DNA of 64,000 nucleotides from a virus (Duplodnaviria; Heunggongvirae; Uroviricota; Caudoviricetes): IMG/VR virus record IMGVR_UViG_3300037067_007156, positions 525,519 to 589,518 of that record; one strand, 5' to 3'. Shown piece by piece: positions 37,894 to 46,852 of this stretch (position 1 is its first letter; each line of letters starts with the position of its first letter). The notes under the pieces were generated by a model. It saw only the letters and a program-made list of their open reading frames with translations, ran no database searches and was not told where the DNA came from. The position numbers and the translations under genes were made by a program.

Positions 37894-37968
37894 GCGAGAA
37901 TAGCTCAGTGATAGAGTGCAGATTTATAACCAAATCTGAAGTCGGTGGTTTGAACCCATCTTCTCGCT
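37894..37968 (+). tRNA. Gly-type tRNA body with 10-nt anticodon loop
   Basis: GCGAGAA/TTCTCGC, U73; CAGAT-TTATAACCAA-ATCTG. Confidence 0.65.
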
Positions 37969-37993
37969 CTTATATAAAAACAAAAATAATTTT

Positions 37994-38317
37994 ATGAATG
38001 AAAAGGTTGTAACAATTACAGAAGATAATTTTAATGAAATTATTAATGGAGATAAATTAACTGTAATAGATTTTTGGGCAGAATGGTGTGGGCCATGTAA
38101 GATGGTTTCTCCTATACTTGATTCACTTGCTGAAGAATTTGGTGATGAAATAGTAGTTGCGAAATGTGATGTAGATGATTTGAGTTTTGTTTCAGATAAA
38201 TATGGCATCAGAAATATACCTGCTGTACTTTTTATTCAGGATGGTGAAGTAGTAGATAAGATAATTGGTGCAAATCCTAAAGAAAAATATGTTGCTAAAA
38301 TTAATTCACTTATTTAA
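37994..38317 (+). CDS. trxA: thioredoxin
   Basis: IDFWAEWCGPCK; IRNIP. Confidence 0.97.
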   Translation: MNEKVVTITEDNFNEIINGDKLTVIDFWAEWCGPCKMVSPILDSLAEEFGDEIVVAKCDVDDLSFVSDKYGIRNIPAVLFIQDGEVVDKIIGANPKEKYVAKINSLI

Positions 38318-38414
38318 AACTTGAGAATTTCATTTTTTAAATAAAAATATATAAAAACAATAACATTTTTACATTTATATTATATATAACTTAAAAGAAT
38401 GTTTAGGTTGTTAT

Positions 38415-39389
38415 ATGAAAAATTCGTGTATAATAATATTATTGTTTATTAGTTTATCTATATTCTGTCAAGAACCACAGTTCTCTCAATATTATGCCAA
38501 TAGATTATATTTATCACCTTCCTTTGCTGGAACTGAGAATGCACCATGTTTGTTTATGAATTATCGAAACCAATACATGGGTTTGGTTAATTATAATACT
38601 TATAGTGCTTCTTTTGATACATATTTTGATAAAATAAATAGTGGTATTGGTGTTTTATTTGTTGAAGATGCTGCGGGATATGAAACTTATAATACATATT
38701 CAGCAAATATAATGTATTCTTATAGAGTACATATTTATGGTGATATATATTCAACATTCGGGTTACAGGGAAATTATACACAAATCGGTGTTGATTTTTT
38801 AAAGTTAATATTCAATGACCAGATACAAACACACTCAGATGGCACAATAGAACCAATGATAAAATCAATTAATTTTTATGATGTATCTTCTGGTTGGACA
38901 ATATATGGTAAAAAATTTTGGACAGGTATATCAGTTGACCACCTTTTACGTCCCGAATACGCTTTAACTAAACGGGAAATTTCAAGAATACCGATACAAT
39001 ATAAAATTTTTGGTGGTTTAAAATTATCTTCTAACCCAAAAAAATTTAGGAATACAAATTATTATTATTTAACGTTTTTATATAAAAGACAGGGTAATTA
39101 TAATCAATTAGATTTAGGTGCATATTGGGAATATAAACCGATTACTTTTGGTCTTTGGTATCGAGGATTTCCAATATTTGAAGATAAAAACCAAGTAAAT
39201 CCAGATGCAATTGTTGGTATGTTTGGTTTTAAATATGATAAAATTTATATTGGTTATTCATATGATTTCATAATATCTAATTTATATGGTTCTACAACTG
39301 GTACACATGAAATATCGATTTCTTATATTTTTCCTGAATTGAAAATTAGGAATTCAAAACATAAATCCTTACCTTGTCCTGATATTTAA
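38415..39389 (+). CDS. PorP/SprF-family type IX secretion outer-membrane protein
   Basis: Signal peptide, QEPQFSQYY...LSPSFAG, NYRNQ, IGYSYDF, GTHEISISY, C-terminal CP. Confidence 0.9.
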   Translation: MKNSCIIILLFISLSIFCQEPQFSQYYANRLYLSPSFAGTENAPCLFMNYRNQYMGLVNYNTYSASFDTYFDKINSGIGVLFVEDAAGYETYNTYSANIMYSYRVHIYGDIYSTFGLQGNYTQIGVDFLKLIFNDQIQTHSDGTIEPMIKSINFYDVSSGWTIYGKKFWTGISVDHLLRPEYALTKREISRIPIQYKIFGGLKLSSNPKKFRNTNYYYLTFLYKRQGNYNQLDLGAYWEYKPITFGLWYRGFPIFEDKNQVNPDAIVGMFGFKYDKIYIGYSYDFIISNLYGSTTGTHEISISYIFPELKIRNSKHKSLPCPDI

Positions 39390-39393
39390 TGAT

Positions 39394-39852
39394 ATGATAG
39401 TCGAACGAATAAGAGATTTGAAATTTAAAAGAGGTGATATTTTTGAAAATAAAGATATTTATCTCAAAAATGATTCAATGTATATTTCTAAAGATTTTGC
39501 ATATTTGATTAATAATAATAAAGATATAATTCGGAGTTGTATTATTTTAGCCAAAAATTCTAAAAAAGAAAGATATTTTTTGGTAGATAAAATTACAGTT
39601 AAAGAAAAATATTCAAAAATTTTAGTTAGTATGTTTCTTTATACAAATGTTCTTTCAACTAATTCAAAAATATGTGATAAATTGAAAGTGTGTGGTTTAT
39701 GTGGTGATTTTGGTTTCGGTGGTATACAATTATATAAAAGTAAAACACTTGGTGTGAAATTTAAAAGACAAGTATATAAAAAACTTTTAGATTTATATTT
39801 TGAAAGTTCGTTATGTAGAAGCGAAAAATTAAAAGAAATATTGGAACTATAA
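39394..39852 (+). CDS. hypothetical protein
   Basis: C-terminal RSEKLKEIL. Confidence 0.7.
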   Translation: MIVERIRDLKFKRGDIFENKDIYLKNDSMYISKDFAYLINNNKDIIRSCIILAKNSKKERYFLVDKITVKEKYSKILVSMFLYTNVLSTNSKICDKLKVCGLCGDFGFGGIQLYKSKTLGVKFKRQVYKKLLDLYFESSLCRSEKLKEILEL

Positions 39853-39881
39853 TTTAATTTTTTATTTTTGAACAATAATAC

Positions 39882-39955
39882 GCTCCCGTAGCTCAGATGA
39901 ATAGAGCATAAAATTTCTAATTTTAGGGTCACTGGTTTGAATCCAGTCGGGAGCA
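39882..39955 (+). tRNA. tRNA-Arg(TCT)
   Basis: TAAAA-TT TCT AA-TTTTA; A19/U56. Confidence 0.88.
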
Positions 39956-39977
39956 CACTATTTAAATAAAATAATAT

Positions 39978-40208
39978 ATGGAAACATACAACGAATTCAA
40001 CAAAGAGAATCAAAAGAGTATAGCTTTTGATGAAGAAATAAAAAATGAACTAAGAAATGTTTATAGAAATACCTCGTATACTAAAACTGGAATATTAGAC
40101 CAACGTATTGAACAACTGATGTCAATTCATGCTAAATGGCTCGAAATAGCCAAAAAAACGTATAGTGCAAGAGAGATTGCTGAAAAATTATTTAAATCTG
40201 AACAATGA
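39978..40208 (+). CDS. small protein with CTS-like N-terminus
   Basis: METYNEFNKE. Confidence 0.7.
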   Translation: METYNEFNKENQKSIAFDEEIKNELRNVYRNTSYTKTGILDQRIEQLMSIHAKWLEIAKKTYSAREIAEKLFKSEQ

Positions 40209-40462
40209 TTGGAAATTTTATCATCGGTGAAGAAGTAATTTGTAAACGTCATTATTATTATAATGGTCGTTTTGATAAAAATGATAAATTCATTGTAGTA
40301 AATTTTAATGAATATAATGTTCGTTTAAAAACTAAATTTGGTACTTTTCATAATATAACATATAATGGTGATACTATCGATTTGTATTATTTTGATTTGT
40401 TTTATATGAAACAAGAATTAAGAAAATTAAAATTAAAAGAAATATTTCATGACGAAATTTGA
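40205..40462 (+). CDS. hypothetical protein
   Basis: C-terminal LRKLKLKEIF. Confidence 0.7.
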   Translation: MIGNFIIGEEVICKRHYYYNGRFDKNDKFIVVNFNEYNVRLKTKFGTFHNITYNGDTIDLYYFDLFYMKQELRKLKLKEIFHDEI

Positions 40463-40643
40463 TAATTTAGATATTTCAATTCGGTGTTATCAATCTTTAA
40501 ATAAATTAAATATTAAATATCTGGAAGAATTATCTAATTATACTCCAGATGAATTATTATCAACTCATTTCATCATTAAGAAAACTATTCAGGAGTTAGA
40601 AGAACAAATGATGAAATATAATATCTCGTGGCGTTCTAAATAA
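40449..40643 (+). CDS. stand-alone RNA polymerase alpha-CTD-like protein
   Basis: LDISIRCYQSLNKLNIKYLEELSNYTPDELL...KKTIQELEE parallels alpha-CTD LELSVRSxNCLK...DLLK...GKKSLxEI. Confidence 0.75.
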   Translation: MTKFDNLDISIRCYQSLNKLNIKYLEELSNYTPDELLSTHFIIKKTIQELEEQMMKYNISWRSK

Positions 40644-40726
40644 TAAATCTTTCTTAATTTAAAACTTTTTATTTTTTTAGAACTAAATATGAGTACAGTT
40701 CTTGGAAAAAAAATAATGATAAATGT

Positions 40727-41314
40727 GTGGAAGATTTTTTTATAGAAATTCAGTCAAAAGATTTACATAAATCTTTGACATTTTATGCCAAAAAACTCTG
40801 TAACTATAATGTTACAGAATATGAAGATTTAGTTCAGGAAACATATTTAAAAGCAATCGACAAAAAAGATTTTTTCAAATCGGAAAAGGCTGATATGAAA
40901 TATTGGTTGATATCTATAATGCGTAATATTTTTATAGATAAAAAACGAAAAAATCTTATTGAAACTAAAATGTATCCAGTTTCTTTGTTCAAAGAAGGGG
41001 GGAATAATGATGACTATCATGATACAGTCGATGAACGAGAAGAATTAGGTATTTACGATGAAACTTTAAATCCACTTGAAATTTTAGAAAACCGTGAATT
41101 TCATGATAAGGTTAAATATCTCAAAAAAAATTTGAGGAATTATATTAAAAATGATAACATGTATTATGTAGTGATGGCTCGTTTAATGAATATTAAATAC
41201 ATAGATATAGAAAAGTTGTTCGGTATTGATATAGAAGCCTGTAAAGCTTTGTATTTTAGATTTAAAAAAAATAAAGTAGAAAAACTCAAAGAAGAAATGG
41301 AAACATATATTTAA
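40727..41314 (+). CDS. ECF-type sigma factor
   Basis: EDLVQETYLKA...KYWLISIMRNIFID region 2; weak region 4. Confidence 0.8.
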   Translation: MEDFFIEIQSKDLHKSLTFYAKKLCNYNVTEYEDLVQETYLKAIDKKDFFKSEKADMKYWLISIMRNIFIDKKRKNLIETKMYPVSLFKEGGNNDDYHDTVDEREELGIYDETLNPLEILENREFHDKVKYLKKNLRNYIKNDNMYYVVMARLMNIKYIDIEKLFGIDIEACKALYFRFKKNKVEKLKEEMETYI

Positions 41315-41635
41315 TCTTATGGAAATAACAACTAATAATGTTTATGAAGTATACGATAAATTAAAATTTTTTAATTTTGATTTAGAAGAGTCTGGATTGA
41401 ATAAAGTTGATATTGAAAAAATGATATCATTTTTTATTAATAAGGACGAATTTGAAAATGTTTTAATTCTTCAAAGATTTTTACAAGAATATTAACAAAT
41501 TTCCCAGCAGGTCTTATAAAAATTAAAATATGAAGATATGCTAAAAGCACAAAAGGTCACGTAAGTGGCCTATCCAGAAAGGACAAAAAAAGGAAAAGAT
41601 GCACCGAAAAATTCAATGAAATTTTTCGGTTTTTC

Positions 41636-42016
41636 TTGTTATCTTACCGTTACGGTATTTTAGATTTTTGTGGGTCTGATGTTAAAACATCGGGAAATCT
41701 AACATGCCAAGATGGTAAGTTTTGTTTTAGAAAGTTTGATAACGGTGAATATTCCAAGGAAGAAATATATAATACTGGAATACCTACTCGGCAACCCAAT
41801 GTTTTAAAAAGTATAATAGTAGGAAAGAAATCGTGGGGGCTTCATGTTAAAATGTGGAGTGAAGGAATTTCAGAATGTTTGTTTACTTTAGATGAAATTA
41901 AAGAAAATTTTATTAAATTTGGACTTATTATTCCAGAATCATTATTATTAGATTTAGAAAATACTATTAGAAAATATAAAATTAAAGAATTTAATAGATG
42001 GATAAGTAATTTATGA
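41636..42016 (+). CDS. hypothetical protein (start uncertain)
   Basis: ORF with C-terminal IRKYKIKEF. Confidence 0.6.
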   Translation: MLSYRYGILDFCGSDVKTSGNLTCQDGKFCFRKFDNGEYSKEEIYNTGIPTRQPNVLKSIIVGKKSWGLHVKMWSEGISECLFTLDEIKENFIKFGLIIPESLLLDLENTIRKYKIKEFNRWISNL

Positions 42017-42053
42017 AAAATATTCGAAACAATTGATTAAAATATAATAACGT

Positions 42054-42458
42054 ATGGAAATAAATGCAGGTTTAGTTGTAATTTCTGATAATAAAATATT
42101 ATTGATGCATCCAAAAGGAAAGGAAAACAAACATGAGTGGAGTATTCCAAAGGGTACTATTGAAAATGGTGAAGGTGTAATGGAAACCGCTATTCGGGAA
42201 ACCTACGAAGAAACAGGTGTTATTATTAACCCAAATGATATAGAAAGTGATATGCACATTTTTTATTATAGAAAGAAAAATAAAGATGTAATAAAATATA
42301 TTTATTATTATATAGTTAATATCAGGCCAGAAGATGTTAAAATAAATAACTCCGTTATTCCAAATAAAGAAGTGGATAAGTTTGGGTTTTTTACAAAAGA
42401 AGAAGCCGAGGAAAAATTAAAAATTAAACAAACTATTGTATTAAAATATTTGGTATGA
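42054..42458 (+). CDS. NUDIX hydrolase
   Basis: WSIPKGTIENGEGVMETAIRETYEETG. Confidence 0.92.
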   Translation: MEINAGLVVISDNKILLMHPKGKENKHEWSIPKGTIENGEGVMETAIRETYEETGVIINPNDIESDMHIFYYRKKNKDVIKYIYYYIVNIRPEDVKINNSVIPNKEVDKFGFFTKEEAEEKLKIKQTIVLKYLV

Positions 42459-42931
42459 ATTATTTTCCTTTTGAAGAATATGATAAAATTATAATATATG
42501 CTATTGGTTTTAATATTGAAAATCAGTATTTTATTAAATTTTTTAATTATTTAAAATATGATTATCAAAATAACATTCGTAAAAAATTTCATAACGAATT
42601 AGAAGAGATAGATGTTAGGATAATAAATAATGATGAAATAAATAATTATGATATAAACAAAATAGATTGTTTCATGTATTTACATCCCATATCCATAAAA
42701 CGTAATAATTTCTCTTATAATCGATATCATTGGCATAATTATAATAGATTGTGTGACTTATCTTTGAATGTTCAATTCAAGTCTGAAAAAAAACATGAAA
42801 TCTGGTTAAATACTATACAAAAAGATAGATATGGATTTAAAGAACATTTTACTGAAGATATAAATGAATATTTTAATTCGATTATTTTAAAAATAACTCG
42901 ACAAGAAAAAATAAAATCTTTATATATTTAG
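42455..42931 (+). CDS. hypothetical protein
   Basis: C-terminal TRQEKIKSL. Confidence 0.65.
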   Translation: MNYFPFEEYDKIIIYAIGFNIENQYFIKFFNYLKYDYQNNIRKKFHNELEEIDVRIINNDEINNYDINKIDCFMYLHPISIKRNNFSYNRYHWHNYNRLCDLSLNVQFKSEKKHEIWLNTIQKDRYGFKEHFTEDINEYFNSIILKITRQEKIKSLYI

Positions 42932-43014
42932 ATAAATATTTTTGTAAAATTATCTAATAGAACCAAACTTTTTAAATATATAGTTCTATATTATAAAAAA
43001 TAAAATATAAAAAA

Positions 43015-43404
43015 ATGGGAGCATATGTGTTTATAGGATTAATTATTTTAATTATCGGTGTATTTGGTTTTGTATTTTACAAAAGAAAAAAAGATAACAA
43101 AAAAATTGTAGATGGTACAACACCAGAAATAGGTGGTGATTGGGAAGTCACAGAACCGAGTAAAGAGGAATTGAGCAAATATGATGAGTTGTTTGTATTA
43201 ACTCCAGATGTTACTGAAGAAGTTTCAACAACTAAAATACAAGAAAAAAAGGTTTATATTGATAAAACCTTAGACGAAATAAAACAAGAATCTATTAAAG
43301 AAACTAAGAAAGTAATTAAAAAAGTATCAGAAGATAAACCAATTAAAAAGACAACTGTTGCTAAGAAACCAACGAGTCAAAAGAAACCTAAAAATACTAA
43401 ATAA
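43015..43404 (+). CDS. single-pass membrane protein with Lys-rich tail
   Basis: N-terminal TM segment. Confidence 0.75.
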   Translation: MGAYVFIGLIILIIGVFGFVFYKRKKDNKKIVDGTTPEIGGDWEVTEPSKEELSKYDELFVLTPDVTEEVSTTKIQEKKVYIDKTLDEIKQESIKETKKVIKKVSEDKPIKKTTVAKKPTSQKKPKNTK

Positions 43405-43438
43405 AAACTACTAATTAAATCATCTTGGGCGCAAAAAG

Positions 43439-43470
43439 AAAAACCACTGATTTTCAGTGGTTTTTTTATT
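43439..43470. terminator. bidirectional terminator between convergent genes
   Basis: AAAAACCACTGA-TTT-TCAGTGGTTTTTTT. Confidence 0.85.
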
Positions 43471-44360
43471 TAAAATTTTCCAACATCGTCTTTTTTAATA
43501 TATCCCAGTTTATCCATTGCATCTCTTAAATTACCAAGCTTATTATCATCATCAAAGTTTATAATAGTATTAATCATTTTTTTAACACCATTTTTATTAT
43601 TAGTTATTTTGATATTATTTATTTGTTGGTCTAAGGATGTGGTTGCTGTATTTGGTGCGGTTTTTTCAAGTTCTGCCATATTTTTATAAATTTTCATATA
43701 AACATTATTGTTAAACCAGTCGATTATTAATTTTTTTAAATTAGTTAATTGGTCATCCGTTGCTGCTTCGTTTACAAATTTATAACTCGCATTTACATTT
43801 TGATTGGTGTTAGTTTCACCAGATGTATTTGTTTCTTCGCCAATATTCAATTTTAATTCTTCAAACTCTTTTATACCTATTCCTTTACCCATGTTTTCCA
43901 CCATTGAATTTGAAAAGGAAACCATCATTTCTTGTTTATTTTTTGCATCCTTCTGGCTAAATATTTTTTGAAACTCTTTTGGAGCTTCTTTTCCAAATAT
44001 TTGGTCAAATGAAACTTTATTGTTATTTAATTTCGTTGAAGCTGCTTTAAAAGAAGCATCTAATAATACAACATTAGAATAAACAGCATCTCTTACTTTA
44101 TTCAATGCTGTTGCTTTATTCATTTCAGAAGTAAATGTATTTTTGTTAACATCTAAAAAACCTTTCATAGTGTTAAATACATCTTTTGGATTTTTCTTGG
44201 ATTCTATTTCTTTAAGCACTTTATCCCCTTGTTGAGAAAACACTTCATCGATATTTTGAAATAATTTACTAAAAAAATTCTTTAATGAACTCAATACACC
44301 TTCATTCATACTGTTTATATCGCCACTACTATAATTATCAAATGTTTTAAGATATTTCAT
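43470..44360 (-). CDS. probable virion internal protein
   Basis: MKYLKTFDNY N-terminus; MNE and VNE putative cleavage sites. Confidence 0.65.
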   Translation of the reverse strand: MKYLKTFDNYSSGDINSMNEGVLSSLKNFFSKLFQNIDEVFSQQGDKVLKEIESKKNPKDVFNTMKGFLDVNKNTFTSEMNKATALNKVRDAVYSNVVLLDASFKAASTKLNNNKVSFDQIFGKEAPKEFQKIFSQKDAKNKQEMMVSFSNSMVENMGKGIGIKEFEELKLNIGEETNTSGETNTNQNVNASYKFVNEAATDDQLTNLKKLIIDWFNNNVYMKIYKNMAELEKTAPNTATTSLDQQINNIKITNNKNGVKKMINTIINFDDDNKLGNLRDAMDKLGYIKKDDVGKF

Positions 44361-44399
44361 TTTATATTTTTATTTTTAACTATATATAAATTTTTAATA

Positions 44400-45922
44400 T
44401 TAACCTACTTTTATGCCAACCGGATTTAAGGCATAATTGAATAATTCAATAACCAATGATAAAAATAGTTGTGGGAAAGCTTCCATGATATTCATACCCG
44501 TGTTAAAAGAACCAATTAATTTATTTAATTTTGTAATATTTTCTTCTGTATTAGCCCAACCTAATATTTTTAACCCATCAGATTTTAAATATGTATTTAT
44601 ATCTTCTTTTTGCTTTTTACTCTTTTTTGCTTTTCCGAATTTTTTAGTGATAGATTCATATAATTTAGAGAAACCTGATATAATTGTATCTATGACCCCT
44701 ACGAGAAGTTTTTTAACACTATCGGTAGTTGGCTTCATCATTTCTAATAACTTATTAAAAGCATCGAAATTGAAGGATAATATACCAGTTAATGTATTAA
44801 TAAGTTGTTTAAATAATCCGATTAAAAAATCAATAGGAAATTTTATTATCCCAGTAATTAATTTTTTATTGTTTCTGTAAATGCTGATGATGGATTGTTC
44901 CCAAGTTTGGTATCAAGTTGTCCCTGTAATTCATTTAATTTTTTCTTATTTTCACTTCCATTTAGTTTATCATCTATTTTTTTATTTTGGCTATCTATAT
45001 TAATATTCGCATTTTTAAATCTTCTATCAGCTTTCTTTTTCCTTGTTATAAGTGTTTTATTTTCATCATTTATTTTTTTATTTTCAGTTTTTAATGTTTC
45101 ATATTTTGCTAATTCTTCTATGGTTTTATCACTTTTATTTTTCAAATTATTTAAATCAGTATTAGATTTTTTTAATTTGACATTGCTCTCTGTTAATAAT
45201 TTAGTAGATTCGTCTACTTCCTTTTTAGCATTATTTAATTCTGGTTGTAACGTATTTGTTAAATAATCCATTTCTACCTTTGGTGATATATAATTTTTAG
45301 TGAATTTTGTTAATTCGGTTTTTATTTGTTTTTGTAAACCACTAAGTTCATTGCTTTCTTTAACAGGTATCGAAAAAGTAGTTTTAAGTAATCCTTTATT
45401 ATCTATTTTGGGAATTTTAAGTTCAAAACCTAAAATATCGAATGAAAATTCTGGTATGGGTATATTTATTTTAGATAATGCGCCCAAAAATTTATTAATT
45501 ATCCATGTTGCTGTATCCGTGAAAATCTGAACTACTTCTTTCATAAGTTCTTTTATTTTTTTAGGAATAGAAGTTATAAATTCAGCATTACTTGTATTGG
45601 TTGGATTTTTTAAGGCATCTTTTAATTTTTTAACTAAATCTGTAATTGTAAAAACTTGTTGAGCAAATGTACCAATAGCTTTAATGATTAATCTAATAAA
45701 AGCGTCTATAAGGGTAGTTAAACCCGGTTCATTAACATCTGGAATGTTATTTTCCTCATAAATACGTTTTTGTATAACAGTTTTACTTTCTTTATTAAAA
45801 TCAACAGAAATGTTAAAAACATTTGCTACGAATTCATCAACTAATTTATCCACTGGAAATTTAATTGTTAATGTTGATGATATCTCAACTGGTACACCTT
45901 CATATACACTATTAACAGCCAT
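44400..45922 (-). CDS. helical protein split by a -1 frameshift at about 44861 (ORFs 44858..45922 and 44400..44741)
   Basis: A AAA AAT TAA; the -1 frame is open for 40 codons up to the annotated ATG of the second ORF. Confidence 0.7.
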
Positions 45923-46779
45923 TAGTATTCGTTAAATTTTTTAATCTCTAATTTTTCAGTTTTTATAGGGTATTTAATAGGTTCTGATAAAATTATTTTT
46001 TTGGTTTCAAACATATTCATTTCATTACCACTTATTAGATTAGTGATTAATGTTAAATCATTATTTTTTATTCTTTCTATTATATACCTAAAAGTTTCAT
46101 CATCAGTATTTCTCATATAATCTTCAAAATAATTCTGAATATTATTAGCAGAATATATATTTTGAACCTCGTCATCATAAAAATAAACATTTTCATACCA
46201 ATCTTGCTTTAAAGGCACAAATTTATTACCCATTATTTTTACACCAACTAAATGTTCAAGCAAAACTTTCATTTTTTCAAATGCTCTTTTATCTGATGTG
46301 TTATGAGTAAATTCACCCACATAATATATTTTGGTTAAATTTAAATTCAATTGTTTTAATTTTTCTCTTAATAAATTAAGATATTCTTGTTCGTTATCCT
46401 GATTCATTCTACCCGTTAATATACCAATATCTACATTTTTATCTTTTAAATGAAGAATGTTTTTTAAGTTAAAATTTATTTTTTTGATATAATTAGGGTC
46501 AAATAATTCACGTTTCGATATTCCTAATAATTCGGGGTCTATATTCTTTTTTTTCTGAATACGGTCTAATAAATTTTTTGAAATCCAATATGTCGAATCA
46601 TTATATTCAATCTCAATTTTATCATTGATATACATTTTATTCTTAATATTTAAATATTCAAGAAAACTTATTTTAAGTAATGGTTTGTTTGGATTGTCTT
46701 TAGATATAATCCACACCTTACCAATAATATTCCATAATGTATTATCTAAATCGTAAAAATGTATTTCTTTATTTAACAT
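45922..46779 (-). CDS. HAD-superfamily-like protein
   Basis: FYDLDNTLW; ILTGR; YFYDDE. Confidence 0.7.
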   Translation of the reverse strand: MLNKEIHFYDLDNTLWNIIGKVWIISKDNPNKPLLKISFLEYLNIKNKMYINDKIEIEYNDSTYWISKNLLDRIQKKKNIDPELLGISKRELFDPNYIKKINFNLKNILHLKDKNVDIGILTGRMNQDNEQEYLNLLREKLKQLNLNLTKIYYVGEFTHNTSDKRAFEKMKVLLEHLVGVKIMGNKFVPLKQDWYENVYFYDDEVQNIYSANNIQNYFEDYMRNTDDETFRYIIERIKNNDLTLITNLISGNEMNMFETKKIILSEPIKYPIKTEKLEIKKFNEY

Positions 46780-46852
46780 TGAATAAAAATATTTTTCTTT
46801 ATATATTAAAAAATGAAAGGTTTAAAATAATAAATCATTGTTTTGGATAGTA

